This document shows positions 22,569 to 33,851 of a DNA stretch of 64,000 nt, one piece after another. The stretch's first letter is position 1. Each line of letters starts with the position of its first letter. The stretch comes from Prorocentrum cordatum. Its lineage: Eukaryota. The DNA lies in contig CAUYUJ010000325.1 in assembly GCA_963575745.1 (NCBI GenBank), positions 186,001-250,000 on the forward strand, read 5' to 3'. The translations under genes were made by a program, and so were the position numbers. The notes beneath the pieces are model-generated. The model was not told where the DNA came from. It saw nothing but the letters and a program-made list of their open reading frames with translations, and ran no database searches.

Positions 22569-23164
22569 AAATTCCCCAACGGGGGTCGTCGGAGACGCCA
22601 AAGGCGTTGAAGTCCGAGGAAGAGAGGAGAAGGAAAAGACGGAGAGGGAGGGCTCGGAGGCCCCTGGAGGGGGGATGTGCCCATCCGAGGGAACGGTGCA
22701 CCCCCCCCTCCCCGTCGTGAAAACGAGGCACCGGCCGCGGCAACGACCCCCCCTACCCCCCCCCCCCCCCTGCGACCTGAGTAGACCACCCAAGCCAGCG
22801 GGGGGCGTCATAGGGGGCGGGGGCTCTGACGTCGATGACGGAAGAAGGAGGAGAGCGGGAGGCAAGGAACAGGCAGACGAAAGCCCGTTTAGGCTTTGCC
22901 CGGCGCGCGGGCATGCCCTGTTTGGTTCTTGCGGGGGCAAGCCCGCGCGGCCGCCCGCAGGCGACAGGGCGCCCTGGCCCTCTTCGCGAGCGCGCAGGCG
23001 CGTGGCGTACTTCATGCGCACGATTGCCCGCTGAGGCGCCCCGCGGCACGACGGCGACGGTAAAAGGACAAATTCGGTGACGCTGGAGCCCCTAATGCGA
23101 CGAGGAAGCTACAGATGCATCTTCTGTGTCACTGGAGCTCCACAGGACAAGTCAGCTCAGAACT

Positions 23165-23424
23165 GCCTCAGCCTCAGCCTGCATCAACTTCAGTCTCAGC
23201 CTCAGCCTGCGTCAGTATCAGCCTGCTGCGCTCCCGCATACCCATCCAGCCTCAGCCTGCCTCAGCCACAGCATGCGTCAGCCTCAGCCTCAGCCTCAGC
23301 CTGCCTCAGCCTCAGCCTGCTGCGCTCCCGCGTGCTCCTGCGGCCTCAGCCTGCATCAGCCACAGCCTGCATCAGCCTCCGCCTCAGCCTCAGAATCAGC
23401 CTGCCTCAGCCTCAGCCTCAGCCG
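23165..23424 (+). repeat. (CTCAGC)n hexamer array
   Basis: Direct inspection; same motif at 36335-36695. Confidence 0.9.
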
Positions 23425-23735
23425 CACCTCCGATGGCGCCGAGGTGGCCCCCGTCCGTCCCGGCGCCCACGGAACTCACCTCCGATGGCGCCGAGGTGGC
23501 CCCCGTGCGCACCTGCGCGCACGGAGCGCTTCTCCGACGGCGCCGAGGTGTTTCCCGTGCGTACCTGCACGCACGGAACGCACCTCCGATGGCGCCGAGG
23601 TGGCTCCCGTGCGTACCTGCGCGCACGGAGCGCTTCTCCGATGGCGCCGAGGGGGCTCCCGTGCGTGCCTGCGCGCACGGAACGCACCTCCGATGGCGCC
23701 GAGGTGGCTCCCGTGCGTACCTGCGCGCACGGAAT
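23425..23735 (+). repeat. 52-bp minisatellite, about 6 copies
   Basis: CACCTCCGATGGCGCCGAGG recurs at 23425, 23477 and 23581 (period 52). Confidence 0.92.
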
Positions 23736-23754
23736 GAGCTCCGCCGGATTCTCC

Positions 23755-23848
23755 CGGTTTCTGCCGGCTTCCGCCCAGACCCCCTGGAGTGTCATGATGC
23801 TCTCTTTTGACCCTGCTAGAAACCTATCGGCACAAACTGTTAGGTAAA
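23755..23848 (+). repeat. Conserved ~95-bp tail shared with 37073-37167
   Basis: CGGTTTCT..CCGG..GCCCAGACCCC..GTCA.GATG.TCTCTTTTGAC...TAGAAACCTATC.G...CTGTTA.GTAAA is present in both places. Confidence 0.85.
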
Positions 23849-26800
23849 TATCTAAATAAATAGAAGCTCGATTTAGATCGCCAAGCTCTATTAAGATGAG
23901 CCGATCTAAATAGATCGGCACCGCTCTTTATAGATAGGACAAATCTAAATAGATCGGAAAACAATTCTCAGGGAGGTTTGCATGTCGGAGCTGCGACCGC
24001 GCTCGGCAACCTCCGCCGCCCGCGCTTGAATTGTGCCCCGAACGTTTGCATGTGGAGCGCCCTCTACTCGGATGGGTCGCTGTGTTCGATCAGATAACGA
24101 ACGGGCGGCGCGGCGCGAACACGGGCGAGCGGCCCAACCACTTTCCGCTCTTGGAGCAGGAGGGGGGGCAGGGCGGGGCGGCGGATGGCGTGGAAGGAAA
24201 ATGAGCGCCGAACAGGGGGGGGCGAAAGGGGCGCCCCCCCGCCGGCGCCACGGCCGCCTTCGACCCCCCTCGAGGGCAGACAGAGACAGAGGGGCCAAGG
24301 AGGAGGACGACGACGGACAACAGCATGTGAGCGGTCCGCATACATTCCACATGCTTGCGATTCGGGGTGGGGCGCACTTGGTCCGGGGCATTTCCATCCC
24401 GACTCTTGCGGACTTCACCAAATACTCCCACTCGTGTAGGCACCGTGCCCTCTGCGGCCCTCTCCCATTGAATTGCATCAACCCAGTGTTGATTTCAAGG
24501 CCCCGAACGAATGCGACCGCCAACGCCGACAAATGTCCAGGCATTCTTGGACCGCGGCCATCCACCGTCATCGGGCGACCCAGCTTGAAACGGCCTCCAG
24601 TCGCCACGCTTCGCACTGCGACGCGAAAGACGGCGTTGCTGATCCGTGGCCTCAGGCGGACGCCGCGATGCAGGCTCGCATGCACTTGGCCGTGGACCTC
24701 CTGCCAGCGCTGTTTTACCACCGACCACGGCCATCCAACCCAGGCCGAAACAACCGCCGGGACCGGACATTTCCGGCGCGTGGGGGGGGGCTCCAGAATG
24801 TTGAGTAAACGCCATGGAGCCCGCAGGCACACCCTGACCCGAAGTTTGTGATGGTCTGGGGCCGTGCGGTTGTGTTGGGGTGTTTTGCTACATAGCGAGC
24901 ATTCGTTCAGATGGTGACTTCGCTTCTGGCTGGGGCCGTTAAAGATGAGATGGGGCACCGAGCTGGGGCTGGGGGGCAGATCTTCCAGTGAGTGCACTCC
25001 CCCATGGGCCAGCCGCGGAATGGTGACAAATTCTCGACCAATCTTAAGCATGTCTCCGCGATCCTGCAGTTGCCCATTCCCCAACGCGCCCCAAACGCAT
25101 ACCGCCAGGATGTGAGGCAGCTGAACAAAAAGACATCCGTAGGAAAAGGTGCCTGAACTCGCGGCGATACATGTTCTCGACGCAGCGCTTCAAACGCCGC
25201 GTGGAGCTCCGCGGAATGGCCCACGACGGCCGCACTTGCAGCTGGAGCATTGCTGGCGGAAACAACCGAAAACATCCCCCGGACAACTGTCTGCAACTTC
25301 TCCACTGCCTCCACCACGGAAGCTGATTCAGGTTCCGGAGCTTAACGCATGGCCATGACAGCTGCTCGTGCTGAGGCGGTTTTCAGTTTGATGCCAGCTC
25401 GGCCGTCGTTGTAGGAAATTCGGCGTTTTTCACACCATGTTGTACTACTAGGTCCGCCACGGATTCGCTGACACATGTCAACCTCGTTGGTTTTGAATCT
25501 TCACCTGTCCAACGCACGCCGTAACATGTCATCTGGGGTCCGCTTTGCCCACCTTGCCGCCTCTGCAACAAGTGAAGTGTGGCGGGCGATGACGACCATA
25601 TCACTTTGCTTTCCGAGCCCACGCCGCCGCAATGCACGGAGTATTTTGCGGGTCTGAATGACCTCGTCGTTACCGCCATCCTTTGGTTCATCTGATTTCT
25701 TTCGCGCTGGAAAGGCCGACGGTGCTTGTCCACGTGCCGTTCGCACACGATCTTCACGCCCATTTGGATCAGTCGGTCTTCTCTGGCCTCCTGTTGCATG
25801 AACCGAACGGCGGGAACCGCGTTGACGAGTAGCGAACCATGGCCACCGTGTTGGAGCTGTGGTGTGATGAAAAGAGCCGAAGTGCTGGATCCAAGCGAAA
25901 CATGTGCCTGGCTGCGTTGCGTCTCCGTCGAACCCGCTGGGAAGCAGGTGAGGAACATCTCGGATGAGACGTTTTCCCTGTCGGGGTTGGACCCTCTTAT
26001 GCGGGAAATACCACATCCAACAAACATCACACTCCACAGACACGGCCAGCACAATGCCGTGCCAGCTCAGGCAGTCCGCTCCAGCCAAACGCGCGCAGGC
26101 GGGCTGGTGGCAACTGGGGGTACAGTATCGGTGGGCTGCATGGTTCGGCTTGCGCGGGCGAGGCCACGCACTCTCCCAAACGCCTGCTCTCAGGAACGCG
26201 TTGGACCCCCTGTTGTGGAGGAGAAAAAAAAAAAAAGGCGGAGGAGGAGAAACTGGGGGGGAGGATGCGGAAGAGGACGAGGAGGAGGAGGCTCCAGGTT
26301 CGAGGTTCGAAATCGAGGTGTTTTGATTCATTCGTCGCGAATTCCCAACAAAGGTTGTTTCGCTTCGGGACGCTTTCCCACAGCCGCGCCTCGCTGGGAG
26401 CGCTCCAGGGGTGTCCGGATCGTCCCCAAGGGCCGGCAGTGGCCCAAATTTGAGCCTAATAACCAGCAGCGGCCCTGGATACAAACAACACGGAGGTCCT
26501 CGCAATTTTCACCCTTTTGGGGGCCGTCGCCGGGCCTCGGGGGACCGTCAAAATACATTTCAGGATGCAAAACTATTATTGGGTACAGGATCGGGACTTC
26601 CTGGGACCCCGGAGTGAAATTACCTTGTGACGTACCCGACCCATTTGCATCAACTGGCAAGAGGAGATGACCCAAACTTGCCTGGAGGACAATGACAGTG
26701 CAGGCGCTGTGATATGCTGCGCAAGCGACATGGAATGCGCCCACGTGGCACGATTCACAGGACAACAAAGGTCAAGGAGGGAAGGCCCCGGCCTGAGGAG

Positions 26801-27229
26801 GACATGGGGGCGGGAACGAAGGGCAGGAAAAGGACGCGCGGGGGGACGAACCGTCAGCGCGGCAGCAGCAGAGGGAGGGTGGCAGGGGGCAGAGGACGAC
26901 AACGAAAGTGACGGGAGGAGACAAGAGAGTGTTGCCTTCGTCGGTGGTACGCTAAAGATGCAGCGCTGCCTGCGCCATATGGCCGCGGCGCTCGAAATGA
27001 TCAAACCTGTTAGTAGCTACTGCAAGAAGCGAGCGAGGTCTAGCTCGCTCGCTAGATTCTCTCCTTCCTTCCTGCACTTTCCAGTGCGGGCGCTAAGCGC
27101 TCGAAGGCGCGCCGCCAGGTCTGCGGGCAGCTCGCGGGCAATGACATCCAGGCTAGGGTCGCGTATCATCAGGAGGTTGTTCAGAATGGGCAAAAGGGTC
27201 CAGGCTGGTGGTCCGCATCAAACGTACGT

Positions 27230-27765
27230 ACCTCCACTGGACCCCTCAGCAGTCCTCGAAAATGGCGACAGCTTCGTGGGCGAGTTTTCCTGATGGTCCG
27301 CGTAAAACGTCACTCCGCTGCCCCCCCCAACAGCCCTCGAAAGTGGCGACAGTTTCGTGGATCGCAACCCCCAAAAAATGGCGAGGTCTCATTTGAGTCT
27401 GGGTAAGACGTCGCTCCGCTGGACCACCCAGCAGCCCTCGAAAGTGGCGACAGTTTCGTGGATCGCAGCCCACATGGAGGCGAGGACTCAAGAGTAAGTC
27501 GTCACTCCGCTGACCCCCCAGCAGCCCTCGAAAGTGGCGACGGTTTCGCAGATCGCAGCCCCCCAAGGACGGCGAAGTCCCGTTTGAGTCTGGGTAAGTC
27601 GTAACTCCGCTGGACCCAGGGCAACCGTCTAAACTGGCGACGGTCTAGCAGATCGCAAACCCCGAAGATGGCGAGGTGTCATTTGAGTCTGGGTGAGACG
27701 CCACTCCGCTGGACCCCCCAGCAGCCTCGAAAATTGCAACATTTTCGCAAATCGCAGCCCCGCAG
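27230..27765 (+). repeat. Degenerate tandem repeat of ~90-110 bp units
   Basis: CTCCGCTGGACCCC..CAGCCCTCGAAAGTGGCGAC.GTTTCG..GATCGCA recurs 5-6 times. Confidence 0.85.
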
Positions 27766-29029
27766 GGATGACCGGGTAGCAGGCAAGCTGGCACGCAGGA
27801 AGGAGCGAGGTAAGAGGGATACGGGGAGGAAAGCAGGTTTGCGACCGCAGTGCTCTATTCAAAACGAGTACCGAAGGCAGGAGGGTTGGAAACAAAAACG
27901 CCACTCAGTGGATCTGAAGGGACTAGGGGGCGAGCAAGAGGAGTCTGAAGTGGACGACGGGGGGCGGAAGAGGGTGAGGAGAGGGGGTGGAAAAGGGCGG
28001 GGAGGAGAAGCAAGAGGAAACAGGTGGGCGAAGAGCAAGAGAAAACCAGAAAAAAAGGTGCGAGGAGGAGGGAGGCGGGGCGGGGAGGAGGGCCCCGCAA
28101 GAAGGGGGAGGTGGAGGACAACGACGACGGCGGGGAAAACGAGAGAGAGAGAGAGAGACGAGGGGAAGGTCACGCGTCTACGCCAACGGGGGGCAGCAGG
28201 AAGGGGGCCGGGCGCCAGACTGACGGACAAGGCCCGAATGAGCGAGGAGGAGCTCAGCAGAGCAGCTCCAATGGCCCGATGAAATACGACTCACTTTGGC
28301 GGGATTGCAAGAGGCACCCAAGCTTGAGAAACGCGGACCTGGTTTTCTTGCCCACTCAGGGGCGCGCGCAAGTTTCTGTTGGGGCGCTGCAGGAGGAAGC
28401 CTTCGGCCAAAAGGAGACCCCCCTATTGCGAACTCCAAGTGGGCCCGAGGCACTCCACAGCGCTGCAGGATCAGAGGCGACCGCTCGGCCAAATATTGCC
28501 TAACAGACAGCCTCCCAGCTGCCCAAGACGGCCCAATCCCAAGACAAGCCCAAGTGGAGCTCCAATTGGGCCCGAATAATCAAACAACATCAAAATGGTC
28601 CACGCTCGTCATTTAGGCGTCCAAACAAGACCGCCAAAGAAGAGCCAAAAGGAAACCCGAAAAGGGCCCCAAGACGGCCCGAGAGGGGCCCAAGACAGCT
28701 CGAGAGAGCCCCAAGGCGACCAAAGAGGGTCCCAGCAACAGACGTAAAAGGAGTTCGCCGATAAGCCCAAACAAGCCCCAAGACCAACCCACGAAGACCC
28801 AAGAAGAGCCAACACGTAATCTAAGAGGTAACCCAAGAGCGTCAGTCTTGCGGCCATGGGGGGATGCGGTGATTTGCCGGAGCCTCTTCGATATGCAATC
28901 CGAGAAAATATATCTACAGTTCCGTGAACTTGCCCAAAGCAGAATAGAAATATTGGTAACCAGCTGCCCCTGATACGAATCCCCATGGGATAAGGACGTG
29001 TTCCAAGAGATCGCAGCAGAAAGGACGTT

Positions 29030-29306
29030 GAGGATGATGGTAATGATGACGACGACGATGACGATGATGAAATCATTGCCCGTACCCTGTACGTCCTGAG
29101 GCTGCCCCGCGCTGTCAAGATCCTAGTAGAAGTAGTAGTCGTAGTCATGGAAATTGTCGTAATCGTAGCAATATGTCTAGTCTGATTATTTTTATTATTA
29201 TTATTATGATTAGTATTATTATTATTAGTAGTAGTAGTAGTAAAAGTAGTAGTAGTAGTAGTAGTCGTAGTAGTAGTAGTAGTAGCAGTAGTAGTAGTAG
29301 TGGTAC

Positions 29307-29341
<35 letters not shown>

Positions 29342-29348
29342 ATACAAA

Positions 29349-29385
<37 letters not shown>

Positions 29386-29422
29386 CGTAGTAGTCGTAGT
29401 AGTCGTAGTAGTCGTAGTAGTC

Positions 29423-29460
<38 letters not shown>

Positions 29461-29470
29461 CGTAGTAGTC

Positions 29471-29512
<42 letters not shown>

Positions 29513-29524
29513 TGAGGCCGAGTA

Positions 29525-29555
<31 letters not shown>

Positions 29556-30620
29556 GTGAAAACAATCAGAAGAGCAGTAGTCGTAGTAGTAGTAGTAGTA
29601 GTAGTAGTAGTAATAGTAGTAGTAGTAGTAGTAGTAATAGTAGTAGTAGTAGTAGCAGTCGTAGTAGTCGTAGTCGTAATAGCAGTAGTCGTCGTAGCAG
29701 TAGAAGTAGTAGTAGAAGAAGTAGTATGAGTAATAGTAGTACTAATAGAAGTAATAATAGAAGTCGTAGTCGTAGTAGTACAATAACGTAAAAGTAACAA
29801 TATTCGTAGGACGGGGGGAGAAGGGGAGGGAGCAAAGGGAGGTCCCAGGACCAGTTTTCCAAGCCAAATTAAGTTCGGGACCGTAGGTGCTATATTTGTA
29901 ATGACTGATTATGTTTAATCGTTTTAGACTGCGCATGCGTAGTAGTAGTGACAGTGGTGGCAATAATACCAGTAGGCATACCAATCGGACTCGTATCAAT
30001 GGTAATGTGATGACAGTAACAGTGGTACTAGTAGTAGTAGTGGTAGGAGTAGTAGGAGTAGTAGTAGAAGAAGTAGTAGTAGTGGCAGTAGTAGTCGTAG
30101 TAGTAGTAGTAGTAGTAGTAGTAGCAGGAGTACTGGGAGTAGCAATAGAAGTAATAATCGAACAAGTAGTTGTACTATAACTACCCTTACGACGACGACT
30201 ACTACTACCGGCGGTCCCGTGCACCACATCACCACATCTACTACCACTACTACTACTACAACTACTGCGAATACTACTACAACTACTACTGCTATAACTA
30301 CTGTGACTACTACTGCGACTCCCACCGTTACCACTACTCCTTGTAATGCGTAGTGGTAGTAATACCAATACTATTAAACAAAATGGTAGTAGTAGTAGAA
30401 GAAGAAGAAGTAGTAGAAGTAGAAGTAGAGTAGAAGTATAAGTAGTAGCAGTAGTATTAGTAGTAGTAGTAGTAGTAATAGTAGTAGTAGTAGTAGTAGT
30501 AGTAATAGTAGTAGTTGCAATCGTAGTCGTAGTAGAAGTGGTAGTAGACGTAATCGCAGTCGCAGTAGTAGTAGTAGTCATAGTAGTAGTAAAACAAGTG
30601 GAAGTAGAACTAGTTCTCGT
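29030..30620. repeat. Long degenerate (GTA)n microsatellite field with an inverted (TAC)n segment at ~30190-30340
   Basis: Direct inspection. Confidence 0.92.
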
Positions 30621-32974
30621 TGTAGTAACAGGAAGAGCTGCGGAATACGCTCGTGACGTGTGAAGGGACAAAATGGTGAGAACCCCATGCCCTGCCACAC
30701 CTTCGTGACTCACGAGGGGTGAGATGGTGAGACCCGCACTGCCATGCCAAACGTCTTTGATGATGTTGCTAGCCAACATGAGACGATTGCAACTTAGATG
30801 CGCAACGTTTTCCCCCGCGATAAGAAAGTTCGGCCTTGCCACCCCCCTGCCCCGAGCAAATCTGCATTGGCCCTGGATAGTAAACTCTCAGTGGTTAAGG
30901 GGATATGATGTATTATCTGGAGCTGCTGGTTACCCTGAGAGCTTCAACCAACGACTTCAGAGGATCAGGGATAGGGAGCAAGACGAGGGGGGGGGAGAGG
31001 GAGGGAAGGGAAGGGAGGAAACGGGAGCGCGGGAAGAAAGAGAGGGAGGGGAGAGGGAGCGAGAGAGGGAAGGAAATGAAGGAGGAAGTGGAAAAAACGA
31101 CGAAAAACAGAAGGCGCAAAGACGGAATGAGGCGAGGGATGTCGCTCTGTGGCTCCCACGGTCAGCTTTTCAAGCGGTTCGGCAGTCCCTCGCAAGTCCA
31201 CGCGGCAGACAGGCCAGTCCTATGGCAACCGCTCTGGCTATGGAGCGGCGGCGTGGGCATTCATCAGTGTGGCGGCGAAAAGATCCCCGACCAGGCAGAA
31301 GAGCAGACTGCGGGGAAGGAGATGCAGCGAAGAAAAGGGCGCGTCCGAGTTGCAAGACAACGTACACGAGCTGCATGTCATACACACGCTGCACATCACT
31401 GCTACACTGCGCATTCCTGCTACTGCTGCCGCGACTGCGACTGCTGATGACAGATTGAAGGGAAGGAAAACGGACGGGGAGAACCATCAGCCAGTACCAG
31501 GAGGAGCAGGGGGAGCAGGAGGAGAAGAGCAGGAGGATGAGAGAGGAGGACAAAAACCAGGAGCAGGAGGAGAAGGAGGAGGAGGAGGACGATGACGACA
31601 AAAATGACAACGACGACGACGGAACGACAACGACAACGACGACGACGACAACAACGACGACGACGGCGAGACTGCCAGGGGGCGAGCCAGAACCCAGCAG
31701 GCACCGCCCGCACTGCGCGGCAAGAAACGCTGGAACATGTGCTAGTGGAACCGCTCGCCACTCATGGTCAGCAGGGGGCACGAGATCTAACAGGGGATAT
31801 ACCCACCCCTGTCCCAAGCTTCGTGGGTTTTCGAATGGACCAGAAATTTGGGGCCCAACCTTGGGGCGTACAGTGGGGAGACAAACGTCCATCCTCGATA
31901 AGGGTGCGTCCGGATAGCCCCCTGGGGGTGTATCCCAGGGTTTCCCCATTTTCTGGGTGGCCAAACTTGTCGGGCGGAAATCGAGGATTGGGGGGAAAAA
32001 TCGCTTGCGAGACAGGAGCAGGCGATCACCAGCATGCAGGTTCCTAAAACAAGTCGCCGCGTGGATGGCCAGGGAAAGGAAGAGCGCGGAGGGAGGAAAC
32101 GCCCGGCCCGACGAGCCCACGACCAGGAGGAGCAGGTGCCCACCGCCGAGGAGCCGACGTCCGAGGAGCTAAAGGAGCAGGAATGCCTGAGAAACCAACG
32201 CCTCGCGGAGGCGGCGAATGTACTTTCGCAGGCGCACTACATGGCCCAGCAGGAGGCGGCGAAGGCCAAGGGCAACGGTAGTGCAACTACGGCGGCATCC
32301 AGCGCGGCGGCATCAGACAGCAAGGAGGCAAAGTCATCGTGACAAACGACATCCGCAGGATCGTCAACCTGCTAAGGAAGGTGAACAGCTCACCCTCATG
32401 TGCGTAGCGAATGCCACATATCTCGCGGGCACACAACGAAAGCACATAGAGTTCGTCATTCTGCCATCACTGGAGTCTACTAGATGTGACATGGAAGGGC
32501 GCGCGCGCGCGCACGCGGCGAATCGAGGCGTAACTTCCTGGCCGGGGGCCCTGCACCATAAAATCCCACCAGCCCTTTGGGCGTGAGTGGTTTAGAGAGC
32601 TTTCTCTGTTCTCACCCCCCCAACCCCCCTTCTTCCCCTTCGGGGAGGGGTTTACCCCTCCCCCTACCCCCTCCCCCTGGGCCTGGACAGGGAGCCCCGA
32701 GTGTTTTCAGAGGGGGTCCATTTCGACTCCTCGGAGGGCCAAAAAACGACTACCCTCACGAGGATTATGGCCCCGACGGGGGGGCCGAGTTTGGCCCCTC
32801 TGCTCGTCTTTGAAGCAGAAACCATTGAGTTTACAAGGTTTTGGCCCCATTTTGGCCTTCTGAGGGGACCGCGTTCATCTTCCCTCATAGCAAAATCATT
32901 GATTGTACGAAGGTGTTGGGCTCATTTTGTCCTTCTCAGGGGGCAGCTCTCATTTGCGCTTCTGAGGAGGTCGC

Positions 32975-33655
32975 ACGAGGCCCCAAGATGGCCCCAAGAG
33001 CCACCCAGGAGGCTCCCAAGAGGCCTCCCAGAGGCCCCCCAGAGGCCCCCAAGCGGCCCCAAGAGGCACCCAAGAGGCCCCCAAGAGGCCCCCAAGAGGC
33101 CCCACGAGGCCCCAAGAGGCCCCCAAGAGGCCCCCAAGAGGCCCCCAAGAGGCCCCACGAGGCCCCAAGAGGCCCCCAAGAAGCCCCCAAGAGGCCCCCA
33201 AAAGGCCCCCACGAGGCTCCAAGCCCCCAAGAGGCCCCCAAGAGGCCCCACGAGGAGCCCGAACGACTCACACCAGGACGAGGGGCCCGAACGACTCACA
33301 CCACGAAGAGCCCGAACGACTCACACCACAAGGAGGGGCCCGAACGACTCACACCAGGACGAGGCGCCCGAACGACTCACACCACGAGGAGCCCGAAGGA
33401 CTCACACCACGACGCGGGCCCCTCACGACTCACACCACGAGGAGCCCGAACGAGTCACACCAGGAGGAGGGGCCCGAACGACTCACACCAGGATGAGGGG
33501 CCCGAACAACTCACACCACGAGAAGCCCGAACGACTCACACCAGGACGAAGAGCCCGAACGACTCACACCACGAAGAGCCCGAACGACTCACACCAGGAA
33601 GAAGGGCCCGAACGACTCACACCAGGACGAGAAACCTCAAACGACTCAAATCACG
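32975..33655 (+). repeat. (GGCCCCCAAGA)n array followed by a 25-28 bp CCCGAACGACTCACACCA minisatellite
   Basis: Direct inspection; the motif switches at about 33255. Confidence 0.92.
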
Positions 33656-33851
33656 AGGAGCGTTTTCTCTCCCTCCTCCTCCGCCTCGTCCTTCTCCCGC
33701 CCCCCTTCACAAGGAGGATGTGCAAGGAGGCGGGAGGAAGGAGGAACAAGGGAGATATGCGGGGCCAAGCGGACAACACGACTGTCGGCATGCTTCGCGA
33801 GAGTTGCTGCTGTGAGATGGGCTGGTGGGGATACGCGATGCGTAAAGAATT

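Noticed and set aside
28640..28652. Partial spliced-leader match (GAGCCAAAAGG)
   Set aside because: Too short and embedded in a CCCAAG-type repeat.
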